64,000 nt of DNA, taken from positions 1-64,000 of the IMG/VR virus record IMGVR_UViG_3300018878_000133; one strand, given 5' to 3'. Below the pieces are notes generated by a model. The model was not told the origin of the DNA and ran no database searches. It saw nothing but the letters and a program-made list of their open reading frames with translations. The translations under genes and the position numbers were made by a program. This document shows positions 16,661 to 27,832 of this stretch, piece by piece. Every line of letters begins with the position of its first letter. Positions within the stretch are counted from its first letter, which is position 1. Origin of the DNA: a virus (taxonomy: Duplodnaviria; Heunggongvirae; Uroviricota; Caudoviricetes).

Positions 16661-18952
16661 ATGGCTGATGTAAAGAAATTACAAACTAGAATTGCTCTTA
16701 AGTATGATACTTATGATCACTGGCATGACGAGTCTAAGACTGACCTAGGAGCAAATCTCGTACTTTTAAAAGGTGAGCTCGGTATCTGTGCTATAGAAAA
16801 TAAGAGTGAAGGCGCGCAGACCGCTCCTACAACACTTTTTAAAATTGGTGATGGTACTACCCCTTTTAAGGATCTAAAATGGGCTTCCTCCCTCGCAGCT
16901 GATGTTTATAGTTGGGCTAAGGCTGCAAAGATTGACCGCTCTGGTAAAGTTCTTCGCTTCTTAGATGCTAAAGATAATATTATCGAGTCAGTTACCTTTG
17001 ATTATTATACTGAAGCAGATGTGAAGGCTATTACAAATGGTTTAGATTCCAGAATCGTTGCACTCGAAGGCAAATTCGATGGTGAAGATTCTGTTCAGGG
17101 TCAGATTGATGCTCTTGATGAACGTCTTGAAACCGCTGAAGGCACTATTACAAACCTAGGTAATGATAAACTCGATAAGAGTGTTTATAATGCTTACATC
17201 GCAGGTAAGGCAATGTCTGATGATGAGCTAAAGAGCTATGCAGACGGAAAAGCAAATGCTGCTCAGACTGCGGCCGAAGCAACTGCTGCTGGTGCGTTAG
17301 CTACTGCTAAGTCTGCACTTGAAGCTGCTGACTCTGCTCTTGGTGGTCGTATCGACGCTCTCGTAGGTAACAATGGTACTATTGCTACTGGCGACGCAGC
17401 GACTCTTGAGGCAGCTAAGGCTGATGCTGCTTCTAAGGCTAGTGCTGCAGAGTCTGCTGCAAAGTCTCACGCAGAGACTAAGGCTTCTGAAGCACAGGCT
17501 GCCGCTGAAGCGACTGCTGCTAGTGCACTTTCTAGCGCTGTTAATACTTTAAATACAAAAGATGCAGAGCTCGTTGCTGAGGATACCAGACTTGCTGGTC
17601 TTATCTCTAATAATGCTAATGCTATTGTAACTGAAAAGAGCGACAGAGAGACTGCTATCACTAATGTAACTGATGCTTATACTTCTGCTATTGCAACTGC
17701 TAAGGGTGAAGCTATTGAGGCCGCTAAAGGTGAGACTACCTCTCAGGTAAATGCTCTTGCAGAAACTGTTGCGGCAAATACTAAGGCTATTACTGATAAC
17801 AATTCAGCTGTTACTGCTGAGATTACTAGAGTTGAAGGTCTTGTAACTACTGAAAAGGGTCGTGCTGAAGCGGCTGAAGCAGCTCTTGACGAGCGTCTTG
17901 ATAAAGTTGAAGCATTCTTTGATCCAAAAGATGCTGAAGGTAACTCTGTTACTATTGACAAAGCTCTTGACACTTTAGTAGAGATTCAAAAATATATCAC
18001 TGATGATGACACCGCCGCCGGCAAAATGGTAGAGGATATTGCAGCCAATGCTGATGCTATCGAAGCACTTAGTGACCGTATGGATACAGCAGAGGATGAC
18101 ATTGATGCTCTTGAAGGTCGTGCAACCGCAGTTGAAGGCCGTGCAACTACTCTCGAAGGCAAAGTTGGTAGTCTTGAAACGCTAACTGCAGGTTTTGATG
18201 GTACTATTAAGGCTGCTGTAGAAGCTGCAGCTGCAAAGGGCCAGACTGGTATCGATAATGCTGCTCTTGCGCAGGCTGCAGCGGATGCTGCTCAGGATGA
18301 CGTTGATGCACTTGAAGACGTTGTTGATGGCGTAAAAACAACTGCTGAAGGGGCAGCTGCTGGCGTAACTGCTCTTGAAGGTCGTATGACTACAGCTGAG
18401 GGCAAGATCACTGCTCTTGAGACAGAGTCTGCAAAGCATGCTCTAAAGACAGATGTTGAGACCGAGCTTGGTAAGAAAGTTGACAAAGCTACTTACGAAA
18501 CAGATAAGAATGCCACAGAGCAGGCTCTTGGTAACGTTTATACTAAGACAGAAGCTGATGGTAAGTTTGGGCTAAAGACTGTTGTTGAGAAGAACGCATC
18601 CGATATTGCTGCTAATACTGGTAAAATTGGTGAGAATACTACAGCTATCGCTACCGAGAAATCTAGAGCTGAAGGTCAGGAGGCTGCTATTCGTAGTGAA
18701 TTTGCTGCTGCTGATACTCAGATTAACGCTAGAATCGATACAGCTGTAAATACTACAATTCCTGCTGCAGAGGCTGCTGCTAAAAAACATGCTGATGATC
18801 AGGTAAAAGCTCTTAAGGAAAATGAAGTTGCTGATAACACTGCTGCTATTTCTGCTGTAGATGGTCGTGTTACTGCCCTTGAGGATAGATTTGGTGGTTG
18901 GTTCATAATTGACTGCGGCACTGCTGATACTGTAATAGACGAAACAAAGTAA
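16661..18952 (+). CDS. fibre protein with N-terminal fibre motif and Ala-rich coiled-coil shaft
   Basis: 'IALKYDTYDHWHDESKTDLGANLVLLKGELGI...LFKIGDGTTPFKDLKW', then ~600 aa of Ala-rich heptad-like sequence. Confidence 0.65.
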   Translation: MADVKKLQTRIALKYDTYDHWHDESKTDLGANLVLLKGELGICAIENKSEGAQTAPTTLFKIGDGTTPFKDLKWASSLAADVYSWAKAAKIDRSGKVLRFLDAKDNIIESVTFDYYTEADVKAITNGLDSRIVALEGKFDGEDSVQGQIDALDERLETAEGTITNLGNDKLDKSVYNAYIAGKAMSDDELKSYADGKANAAQTAAEATAAGALATAKSALEAADSALGGRIDALVGNNGTIATGDAATLEAAKADAASKASAAESAAKSHAETKASEAQAAAEATAASALSSAVNTLNTKDAELVAEDTRLAGLISNNANAIVTEKSDRETAITNVTDAYTSAIATAKGEAIEAAKGETTSQVNALAETVAANTKAITDNNSAVTAEITRVEGLVTTEKGRAEAAEAALDERLDKVEAFFDPKDAEGNSVTIDKALDTLVEIQKYITDDDTAAGKMVEDIAANADAIEALSDRMDTAEDDIDALEGRATAVEGRATTLEGKVGSLETLTAGFDGTIKAAVEAAAAKGQTGIDNAALAQAAADAAQDDVDALEDVVDGVKTTAEGAAAGVTALEGRMTTAEGKITALETESAKHALKTDVETELGKKVDKATYETDKNATEQALGNVYTKTEADGKFGLKTVVEKNASDIAANTGKIGENTTAIATEKSRAEGQEAAIRSEFAAADTQINARIDTAVNTTIPAAEAAAKKHADDQVKALKENEVADNTAAISAVDGRVTALEDRFGGWFIIDCGTADTVIDETK

Positions 18953-18976
18953 TAATTAGATACTAATATATGTTTT

Positions 18977-19013
18977 AAGCAGGTGACCTTAAGGTCACCT
19001 GCTTAATTTTTTT
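18977..19013 (+). terminator. rho-independent terminator
   Basis: AAGCAGGTGACCTT-AAGGTCACCTGCTT perfect hairpin followed by T8. Confidence 0.8.
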
Positions 19014-19022
19014 TAATCTATT

Positions 19023-19034
19023 TGCTAAATTATA
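19023..19034 (+). promoter_or_regulatory. conserved TGCTAAATTATA promoter-like motif (copy 2)
   Basis: Immediately after the terminator, 35 nt upstream of the giant ORF's ATG. Confidence 0.45.
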
Positions 19035-19068
19035 CGAACAATAAAACAAGTAGATTGGAGTTAAGCTT

Positions 19069-22000
19069 ATGGCATATAATATCATAAGACATCGTAGAGG
19101 TACTACAGAGGAATGGCAAAAAATTAATTTAGTACCTGAAAACTGTGAACTTGTTATAGAAGAGTGCTTTGATGGGTCTCGTAAATGCAAAATAGGTAAT
19201 GGTAAGACTAAATTTTTAGATTTACCATATGTAGATGACACAACAAAAACTGAGCTACTTAAAAAAATAAATTTAACTGAAAAAACTTTTGACACTAAAG
19301 TATCTAAGATAAAGAGCACACAAGGTGCTTTGCTCGTAACGGTAGAGAATTTAGATGAGAAGCTCACAAAGGCTGAAGAAGCTTTATCCGACTCAATTTC
19401 ATCAAATGTTGAAGTACTTGAAGAAAAACTGGATAAACTCGCAGAATCGACAAGTTCCGATCTAGCTATGAGCATTGCGTCGCTAGATGAAAAGCTTGGT
19501 AAAGAGATAAGTAACAAAGCTACTGGCACAACTAAGCAACTTAAAGCTCTAGAACAAAACGTTAACGGATTAGTGGCTACTTTAGAAGAACACATTCATC
19601 CTGCAATCACAGAACTTGATGTTAAAATTCAGAGCAAAGCAGAAGAACTTGAAAATTTACATTCAGTTGAAGTTCAAAATTTATATAATGAACTGGCTAC
19701 AAAAGCTGCTGAGCTATCTAATAAAATAAATGACTGTATATCAACTGACAAAGCATTACGTAAACTTATTAATGATACAGATACAAAGCAGTCTAAAGAC
19801 CTGCAGGATGCTATTGCTAATTTTGAAATTCAGCTCACCATGGTCGATGATCAGCATAAAAATAAATTGTCTGAGCTTGTACAACAAATAGAGGACCTTA
19901 TAATAGCAGACGGCACATTAGGTCAAGAATTAAATAGCTTTAAACAGCAAAGTTCAGATAGTGTTAATAATATTCTAACTCAGATTAATTCTTTAAATGA
20001 ACAGCTGAGTAATGATGATGTGCTGCTTTTAAATAAAATTTATGAGGTAAGTAATATACTTACTGCAATTACCGCCAGCATACAGGCAGAATTAGATAAT
20101 TTAGAAAAAGATACTAATGATAGATTTACTAGAATTGCTGATGAAATTACAGTAGCTGATCAAGCTCAAAAGGCTTCTTATGAAAATTTATTAACAACAC
20201 TGCTTAATTATGTCACAAAAATCTATGCAGAGATTGCTGATCTCGTAGATGATGATATAATGATTTTAAACAAGGTATATGCAGTAGAAAATGTATTAAA
20301 TGCTAAAATTAACCAGACTAAAAATACTTTAGCTACCGAAATTGCATATGTTTCTGAGGCTCTTAATCAGACTGACAGTCGCTTAACAGATGAAATTGCA
20401 AAAGTAGACGCCAATTTAAATGCTTTATCAGATAAAGTTGATACTAAAATAGTTCAATCAATAACTAATATTGAGAACTCCGTAGCTAAAACAATTGAGG
20501 AAACAAAATCAGAGCTAACTGAAAATGTTGAATCACTTAGATCTACAACTAATCTAACCTTTATAGAAAAACAGGAAACGCTTGATTCTTTAGATAAACA
20601 AATAAAAGATACTCAAAATTCTATAAGCGCTGAAATAAGCGCAGTTACTAGTAGTATTAAAACGAACAAAGAAGAGCTAGAAAAAGAATTATATGAACTT
20701 GGTGAAGTTGTTGAAGCTAACACGACCAGAATAACTGAAACAAATACAGAGCTGGAATTACAGTCAAAACGTATAAATAACCTTATAGCACCTAAGCCGG
20801 GAGAGCTTACTAGAGATGAAGAGGTAATTGACATCAGACTCGGTTATAATGGTATAGATCACGCTTCTGCTGGTGATGCAGTTAGAGCTATTGGTGATGA
20901 CCTCGACGCTCTTAAAGCAAGTCTACCTAGCTATATTCCTTCTAACGCTGTTGATGGTTTGCTCTACGAAGACAATCAGCTATGGTTAACTTCTAAAGAT
21001 ATACCGGTTGGTGACCCAGTAACTATTACTGGAGGCACAGGTGGTGGTGGAAGCATCTCCACGGTTAGAGTAATAAATAATCTTCCTTCTACTTCATTTA
21101 CTATTTCAAAGGGTAATGAAGCATTGATTAATTTCACTTATACATCATTCGAAAATGAAGTACCTACTGGTGATGGTGTTTATTCTGTTGTTATAAATGA
21201 TAAAAAAATTGAGACTCTATCTGGTAGTATTCAACATGGAATAGCTAAGTCTTTGAATGTTGCAGATCATTTAAAAAATGGTTCAAATACTGTTAAGGTA
21301 ACTTGTACTGACCAGTATGGTTCTTTGAGAACTTTAGTATATACCATTTCACAGATTGAACTCCGTCTTGAATCTGCTTTTAATAGTACACAAATTTTTA
21401 ATGATGCTATTACATTCAGATATAAAGTATTTGGGCAGATAGAAAAGACTGCCTATATCTTAGTAGATGGCGCAGAGGTTTCTATTAAAAAACTTGGCGC
21501 AAGTGTTAGTGGTAATGAAATAACCTTGCTAATTCCGAAGCAAGCTCATGGATGCCATAAAATTACTGCTCATGTATCCGCAGTTGTTGGCGACAATACT
21601 GTTACTTCTAATATTCTTGAGTATGAGATTATTTGTATTGAGAATGATAACAATACTGCTATTATCACATCTGTGTATGACTTTGAGGAAGCTACTCAGG
21701 GTGACCTTGTATCAATTCCTTACATGGTTTATGACCCTGCTAAAATTAATAGTGATATCGAACTTATTGTGTACTCTCAGGTAGCTGGCGAATTAATTGA
21801 AATAGACAGAACATCTATTACTGTAGACCGTAGCCAGCAATTCTGGAATACGAGAAAATATCCAAATGGTATTGCAGTATTTGAAATTAGTTATACTTAT
21901 AATTTGTATGGTGTACAAACGACTATTACTAAATCACATACTGTGAGGGTGGCAGAGCTTGAGGTAGATGTATCACCTGAAGAGGACAGTATGCAGCTCT

Positions 22001-25000
22001 ACCTGTCTGCACAAGGTCGCTCAAATAATGAGCAAAATCCAGCCATTTGGGAATATACTCAAGCACCTGATGGTGACAAAACATATAACACGGTTACTAC
22101 TTCTTTTGAGGGTTTTAACTGGACATCTAACGGTTGGATTACTGATAATGCCGGTGATACCTGCTTAAGACTAAATGGTGATGCTAAAGCAATTATTAAC
22201 TTTAAACCTTTTGCTGAAGACTTTAAGGCTAATGGTAAAACCATTGAATTTGAGTTTGTTGTTCGTGATGTTAATGACCGCGATGCTGTTGTAATCGATT
22301 GTTTCGATGGTTCTAAAGGTTTCAGAGCAACCCCAGATACTGCTTTCTTAAAGAGCTCTGGTACAGAGGTTTCTTGCAGATATAAAGATGAGGAGCGTGT
22401 TAGAGTCGCTATAGCAGTAGAACATTCAGATACGACTTCTCGTTTTGTTTCTATATATCTTGACGGTATTCTTTCTGGAGTACAAAGATATGCAGACACT
22501 GATAGCTTTCAGCAGAATAACCCATTAACTATTAAACTGGGTTCAAATTTATGTGGACTTGATATTTATAATATTCGTATTTATAATAAAGCACTTTCAA
22601 CATCTGCCGCTTTAAATAACTATATTGCAGACCAGACTGTGCCTACTACAAGACTACAGCTTATGACGGATAATGATATATTAGACGAAAACGGTAAGGT
22701 TTCATATGATAGAGTAAAAGCTCTCGGGCAGATTCCTATTATTACTTTTACAGGCCCAATGCCTACGTATAAAGGTGATAAAAAGAAGAAGACTACACGT
22801 ATGAAGTTTGAGGACCCAACGCACCCAGAAATGAATTTTGACGTACTTTTGGACCAGATTGACGTACAAGGTACTTCTTCACAGTTCTATATTCGTAAAA
22901 ACTGGAAAGTAAAGCTTCCTGAAGCAAGGGCTCATATGCCTGGGGCCATTCCAGCAAAAGTATTTTGTGTTAAAGTAGATTACGCAGAAGCTACTGGTAC
23001 CCACAATACAGGAGTTGCTAATTACGTTGAAACTTTTTATGATAGAGAAGAAGTAATTCTCCCGCCGCAGAAAGATGATACTAGAGTACGTACAACGATT
23101 CAAGGTTTCCCAATTATTATCTTTGAAAAAGAGACTGAAGACTCTGAACCAGTGTTTTCATCTAAGGGTAACTTTAACTATGATAAAGATGCTGAAAATG
23201 CTTTTGGATTTACTGAAGAGTATAAAGACTACGGCGTAGAATGTTGGGAATTCTGTAATAACACTTCTGACACAGTAAACTTCGCCGGTGAGATCACAGC
23301 TGATTGGCTAGAAGACTTTGAACCGAGATATGTACCAGAATCTGCTAACTTTGAGCGTATTGAAGAACTAAAAGAAGTTGAAGAGCTCGCAGCAAGCGGA
23401 AAAGGTACAATGACATCCGCGCAAAGAAATGAGCTCGCTACTTTAATGTCTAACTGCATTGCTAACTTTAAAGAAATGCATGATTGGGTACTCAGTACAG
23501 CTACATATTCTCTTATAGATGGTAAAAAAGTAGCAATTACCCCTGCACCATTGACTGAACCTATAGTTTATGGTGAAACAACTTATACTGAGGACAATGA
23601 AGAGTATAGATTAGCTAAGTTTAAGTACGAATTTAAAAATTACTTCAACATGCATTATAGTAGCATGTATTATGTATTCACGTTCTTTGCGCTAATGACT
23701 GACCAGAGGGCTAAGAACCTATTCCTTACTCGTTGGAAAGAGGACGATGGTGTTTTTAGATGGTATCCATACTTCTATGATAACGACACAATTTTTGGTA
23801 TCAACAATGAAGGTGCTCTAGTTTTTGACTATTTTCACGAAGATACTGATCAACTCGGTTCTTCTAATGTATTTAATGGTCAGAATAGCGTACTTTGGAA
23901 CAACTTCAGACTCTGTTTTCCAAAAGAGATCGAGGATACTTATTCTGAACTAAGAAGTAGTGGAAAGCTAACCTATAATAAAATTATAGAACAATTCGTT
24001 ACTAATGGTTCTGATAAATGGAGTGCTGCCATCTATAACGCTGACGCAGATTATAAATACGTTTCTATGGCAAGAGAGCATGTTGCTCATAAGGATGAAG
24101 ACGGTAATGAAGTAACTGGTATAGATGCTTCTAACCTTTATCAAGTTCGTGGCCCTGGTGAGCACCATTTAAGATACTTTATTGATAACCGTATAAATTA
24201 CTGTGATAGCAAGTGGTATGCAGGAAACTACCCGAGTGATGATATTTTCTTACGAATTTATACTCCTAAGGCTGCTGACGATGCTACACAGGAAGAAATT
24301 GATCGTATCAACGCTTCTTTGGCTGTTGTACCTGCTAATCCTAATATTACTATAACACCCTTCTCAGATATGTATGCTGGCGTTCGTTATAAGTCTGGTA
24401 CACTTCAGCAACAAAGGTTAAAAGCAGGTGAATCTTACACATTTAAACCGCTAAATGAGAATGAAACATTCGGTGACACTGAGACCGCTATCTATGGTGC
24501 CAGCGAAATCTCTTCTCTTGGTGATTTGTCTGGTTTATATTGTGGTGTTATTAACCTAAGTAATGCTGCAAAATTAACAGAGCTAACTGTTGGTAATCCA
24601 GACTCTGCATATTATAATGATAACTTCCGTGAAATTTCAGTAGGCTCTAATAGGTTGTTGCGCTATATTGATTTAAGAAACTGCTCAGGCCTTGGTATTG
24701 CGGGTGAAAATCCGCAAAAGACTTTGGAGCTATCTGGATGTCCTAATATTGAGCATATTTACACTGAAGGTACTAACCTTACCTCAGTAGACCTGCCTAC
24801 TAGTGGCTATATTAAGACGCTTCATCTTCCTGCATCGATTAATACGCTAGTTATTAAAAATCAACATTATTTGTATCCACAGCGTGGAGAGAACGGTTCT
24901 GATGACTTCATAGACGGATTTTATGTAGAGGGTTACCAAAACATAAGAACTTTGTGTATAGAAAACTGTCCTAATTTGAATACAAATGAAATACTTGCAA

Positions 25001-26823
25001 ATTGCTGCGATAATACTGGCAAGTACACTGTTGAGCGTGTCCGTCTTACCGGTATCGAGTGGGGCACGGCAGAAATGCCTTTAGCTGATGCTAGTTTTAT
25101 CACATCTTTGTTTCCAGTATTTGATGAAGCAGGTAATCTTGTTAGTGGTATAAGAGGTATTGACGAAAAAAACAATCCTTTAGATGACGCTTATTTAGTT
25201 GGTACTTGCTATATTACAAAGCTCACAGGTGAGGAGTATACAGAAATTAAAGCTCATTATCCTTATCTTGATATTATATATGGTGAAATGACTTCAGATG
25301 TTATATTTATGGGTGCTGATGGTGAAACAGTACTACATCGTGAAACCATTATATCATATAATTCTGAGATAGTTGATTGTGAAGATCCGGTCTATTTAGG
25401 TGACGATGGCCAAGTGCCTGAAGGTATGATTGCTAAGCCTACTAAAGATTCTACTGAAGAGTTTAATTACGAGTGGATTGGTTGGACTAGAAAATTAGGT
25501 GAGGGTGTTCATGCGGATGCTTTACTTGGAGTTGCTGGTAATCGAATACTTTATCCTGCTTTTGAGGCAATTAGGCGTAGTTATCTTATAACATTTATAA
25601 ACCAAACTGCCCCAGAGGGAAACCAATTATTAGCTGAAATTTATGTTCCTTATGGTGAAGATGCAGACTACTTTGGCGCTGGCTATCCCACTCCGGTTGT
25701 ACCATCTTCTGATATATATGAGTTTACTGGTTGGCATCCAGCACCAGAAAAAATTGTTGGTCCGATGACTTGCTATGCACAATTTAAGGTATCAGAAAGC
25801 TCCTGGCATGTAGTAGACATTTATGATATTGGTGAATATTATGATTATAATGAAAAGCTACAAGTCGGGCATACGCTCAATCCAGATGGTACAATGGCTA
25901 TTATTAAATATAATAACTATCAAAATGCTGCTGTTACTGTACCAAAAAATATTGAGGTCGCTGGCATGCCTTATACTGTAATACGATTAGGTGGTTTTAA
26001 CGATCATGATGAATTGGAGTTGATTAATTTACCTGATTCTCTAGAAACAATTGATTCAAGGGCTTTCCAAGGCTGTGATACAATAAAAGAAATAACTATT
26101 CCAGTTAATGTTTCTACTATTAATGACGGCGCTTTTGCAGAATGCTTGAAGCTAACGAAAATTAATGTTGCAGAAGGCAATACTAAATTTGTAGTTAAAC
26201 AAAATTGTTTAATTGATAAACAAAGTAAAAAGTTACTTCAAGGTCTAACTAACGAGATTCCACAAGATGGTTCTGTAGTCAGTCTTGGTAGATATTGCTT
26301 TGCTAAAATGCCAATTACAGCTATTGAAATACCTAATGGTGTAAGTTCTATTGCTGACAATGCATTTAGTCATTGTGAGCAACTACAAAATGTTGTGTTG
26401 CCAAGTACACTAAAAGAATTACGTGATATTTGCTTTTCTTGGTGTTATAAGCTATCTGAAGTAGTCTTACCAGAAGGCTTAACTGACATAAGAACTTATG
26501 TATTTAATCAATGTATATTAGAAAGTGTTATAATCCCATCTACTGTAACCAACATCATGGAGAGAGCTTTTGGATATATGTCAACTTTGAAGAGTGTAAC
26601 TTTTAAAAATACTGAAAGTGGTGACAAGCAGCCTTTCTATATTCATCCAGGAGCCTTCATAAATTCTGGTAGCCAGGATAACCCTGTTATATTTAATTTC
26701 CCATGGACAGAAGAGCAACATTACAATTACTATTCTGGAGTAGACGATCAAGGCAGAGAAAAAGACCCAACATTTGGTGCAAGTAATTGTATTCTTAATT
26801 TTGAGTATGAGGAGGAAGCATAA
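19069..26823 (+). CDS. giant multidomain fibre/adhesin with CotH-like and BspA-type LRR regions
   Basis: 2584 aa. N-terminal 'IIRHRRGTTEEWQKINLVPENCELVIEE...CKIGNGKTKFLDLPY' fibre motif, then a ~500-aa coiled-coil. CotH-family-like block 'YVFTFFALMTDQRAKNLFLTRW...YPYFYDNDTIFGINNEGALVFDYFHED'. C-terminal repeats 'NDGAFAEC..L..I.I..G' of BspA/LRR_5 type. Confidence 0.75.
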   Translation: MAYNIIRHRRGTTEEWQKINLVPENCELVIEECFDGSRKCKIGNGKTKFLDLPYVDDTTKTELLKKINLTEKTFDTKVSKIKSTQGALLVTVENLDEKLTKAEEALSDSISSNVEVLEEKLDKLAESTSSDLAMSIASLDEKLGKEISNKATGTTKQLKALEQNVNGLVATLEEHIHPAITELDVKIQSKAEELENLHSVEVQNLYNELATKAAELSNKINDCISTDKALRKLINDTDTKQSKDLQDAIANFEIQLTMVDDQHKNKLSELVQQIEDLIIADGTLGQELNSFKQQSSDSVNNILTQINSLNEQLSNDDVLLLNKIYEVSNILTAITASIQAELDNLEKDTNDRFTRIADEITVADQAQKASYENLLTTLLNYVTKIYAEIADLVDDDIMILNKVYAVENVLNAKINQTKNTLATEIAYVSEALNQTDSRLTDEIAKVDANLNALSDKVDTKIVQSITNIENSVAKTIEETKSELTENVESLRSTTNLTFIEKQETLDSLDKQIKDTQNSISAEISAVTSSIKTNKEELEKELYELGEVVEANTTRITETNTELELQSKRINNLIAPKPGELTRDEEVIDIRLGYNGIDHASAGDAVRAIGDDLDALKASLPSYIPSNAVDGLLYEDNQLWLTSKDIPVGDPVTITGGTGGGGSISTVRVINNLPSTSFTISKGNEALINFTYTSFENEVPTGDGVYSVVINDKKIETLSGSIQHGIAKSLNVADHLKNGSNTVKVTCTDQYGSLRTLVYTISQIELRLESAFNSTQIFNDAITFRYKVFGQIEKTAYILVDGAEVSIKKLGASVSGNEITLLIPKQAHGCHKITAHVSAVVGDNTVTSNILEYEIICIENDNNTAIITSVYDFEEATQGDLVSIPYMVYDPAKINSDIELIVYSQVAGELIEIDRTSITVDRSQQFWNTRKYPNGIAVFEISYTYNLYGVQTTITKSHTVRVAELEVDVSPEEDSMQLYLSAQGRSNNEQNPAIWEYTQAPDGDKTYNTVTTSFEGFNWTSNGWITDNAGDTCLRLNGDAKAIINFKPFAEDFKANGKTIEFEFVVRDVNDRDAVVIDCFDGSKGFRATPDTAFLKSSGTEVSCRYKDEERVRVAIAVEHSDTTSRFVSIYLDGILSGVQRYADTDSFQQNNPLTIKLGSNLCGLDIYNIRIYNKALSTSAALNNYIADQTVPTTRLQLMTDNDILDENGKVSYDRVKALGQIPIITFTGPMPTYKGDKKKKTTRMKFEDPTHPEMNFDVLLDQIDVQGTSSQFYIRKNWKVKLPEARAHMPGAIPAKVFCVKVDYAEATGTHNTGVANYVETFYDREEVILPPQKDDTRVRTTIQGFPIIIFEKETEDSEPVFSSKGNFNYDKDAENAFGFTEEYKDYGVECWEFCNNTSDTVNFAGEITADWLEDFEPRYVPESANFERIEELKEVEELAASGKGTMTSAQRNELATLMSNCIANFKEMHDWVLSTATYSLIDGKKVAITPAPLTEPIVYGETTYTEDNEEYRLAKFKYEFKNYFNMHYSSMYYVFTFFALMTDQRAKNLFLTRWKEDDGVFRWYPYFYDNDTIFGINNEGALVFDYFHEDTDQLGSSNVFNGQNSVLWNNFRLCFPKEIEDTYSELRSSGKLTYNKIIEQFVTNGSDKWSAAIYNADADYKYVSMAREHVAHKDEDGNEVTGIDASNLYQVRGPGEHHLRYFIDNRINYCDSKWYAGNYPSDDIFLRIYTPKAADDATQEEIDRINASLAVVPANPNITITPFSDMYAGVRYKSGTLQQQRLKAGESYTFKPLNENETFGDTETAIYGASEISSLGDLSGLYCGVINLSNAAKLTELTVGNPDSAYYNDNFREISVGSNRLLRYIDLRNCSGLGIAGENPQKTLELSGCPNIEHIYTEGTNLTSVDLPTSGYIKTLHLPASINTLVIKNQHYLYPQRGENGSDDFIDGFYVEGYQNIRTLCIENCPNLNTNEILANCCDNTGKYTVERVRLTGIEWGTAEMPLADASFITSLFPVFDEAGNLVSGIRGIDEKNNPLDDAYLVGTCYITKLTGEEYTEIKAHYPYLDIIYGEMTSDVIFMGADGETVLHRETIISYNSEIVDCEDPVYLGDDGQVPEGMIAKPTKDSTEEFNYEWIGWTRKLGEGVHADALLGVAGNRILYPAFEAIRRSYLITFINQTAPEGNQLLAEIYVPYGEDADYFGAGYPTPVVPSSDIYEFTGWHPAPEKIVGPMTCYAQFKVSESSWHVVDIYDIGEYYDYNEKLQVGHTLNPDGTMAIIKYNNYQNAAVTVPKNIEVAGMPYTVIRLGGFNDHDELELINLPDSLETIDSRAFQGCDTIKEITIPVNVSTINDGAFAECLKLTKINVAEGNTKFVVKQNCLIDKQSKKLLQGLTNEIPQDGSVVSLGRYCFAKMPITAIEIPNGVSSIADNAFSHCEQLQNVVLPSTLKELRDICFSWCYKLSEVVLPEGLTDIRTYVFNQCILESVIIPSTVTNIMERAFGYMSTLKSVTFKNTESGDKQPFYIHPGAFINSGSQDNPVIFNFPWTEEQHYNYYSGVDDQGREKDPTFGASNCILNFEYEEEA

Positions 26824-27515
26824 TGTATAAAATTATACTTAATAATAAGGTTATTGATGTAGTAAAGATACCTCGCTTCTTTAGACTGATGTCTACAGGT
26901 CAAGTAAATCTTACGGATAAGTCTTCCGCTCATGGAATAGTCGGTTCTGATAATACAACTTTATATGCATTTGCTCCTCTGGCGCAGAGAAAGTCAGATA
27001 TAGTTACTATTGAAGAAATTTCTTCTGAAGAGTTTAATAGACTACAGAGTCTATTAAACTCTGGTCAGGAGCCTAGCGCTAATGAATCAGCCCTTGCCAA
27101 GGCCAAGCGTGAAGTTATAAAACGTCTTTCTAATACGTGTAAAAATAAAATTACTGCCGGTTTTTCTGTTACTTTATCTGATGGCGAATTGTGTAGTTTT
27201 AAATTAACTACAGAAGATCAAATTAACTTAATGGTAATTGAAGGTCAGTTAGTTGCGGGAGAAGAAACCTTTATATATCACGCTACTGATAAACCGTGTA
27301 AAATATTTTTACGTGAAGACATGCTTAAGATTGTAAAAACTTTCAGGGCACACGTTCTTTACCATACAACATATTTTAATGCCGCTAAACAGTATATAAA
27401 ATCTCTATCAGACATGGAAAAAGTAAATATGTTTTCTTATGGTACAGATATATCTGAATCGGTAGACAATATGGTAATTAAACAAATTCTTAAAAATGGA
27501 GGTAACTTTAATTAA
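26823..27515 (+). CDS. hypothetical protein
   Basis: 230-aa ORF; its start overlaps the giant gene's stop (TAATG). Confidence 0.5.
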   Translation: MYKIILNNKVIDVVKIPRFFRLMSTGQVNLTDKSSAHGIVGSDNTTLYAFAPLAQRKSDIVTIEEISSEEFNRLQSLLNSGQEPSANESALAKAKREVIKRLSNTCKNKITAGFSVTLSDGELCSFKLTTEDQINLMVIEGQLVAGEETFIYHATDKPCKIFLREDMLKIVKTFRAHVLYHTTYFNAAKQYIKSLSDMEKVNMFSYGTDISESVDNMVIKQILKNGGNFN

Positions 27516-27772
27516 TGAAAGCTAGAATAAGTAATCTACATAAGACCGAGGCAGAATGGCTAAAGTTATCTTCTTTTAAACCAGAAGCAGGGGAATTAAT
27601 TATATATGATCCTGACGACAAAATCAAGTATTCTCGTATTAAAGTCGGTGATGGCGCTAGAACTTTACAAGAATTAGATTTTTTTATAAAATCTACAACG
27701 GAAGATGTTTTATATGAACATCGTTACGATGAAGAGGTTGACGGTGGGCGAATAACCGGTTTACCTGACTAA
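27515..27772 (+). CDS. stand-alone N-terminal fibre domain (possible truncated fibre gene)
   Basis: 85-aa ORF consisting only of the shared motif 'ISNLHKTEAEWLKLSSFKPEAGELIIYD...IKVGDGARTLQELDF'; followed by terminator and a 300-nt gap. Confidence 0.4.
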   Translation: MKARISNLHKTEAEWLKLSSFKPEAGELIIYDPDDKIKYSRIKVGDGARTLQELDFFIKSTTEDVLYEHRYDEEVDGGRITGLPD

Positions 27773-27780
27773 ACAGTAAC

Positions 27781-27832
27781 AAGAGCTTTAAGATAGATTT
27801 ATTAAAAATTTCTCTTAAAGCTCTTTTATTTA
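27781..27832 (+). terminator. rho-independent terminator
   Basis: AAGAGCTTTAAGA-...-TCTTAAAGCTCTT hairpin followed by TTATTTAT. Confidence 0.65.
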
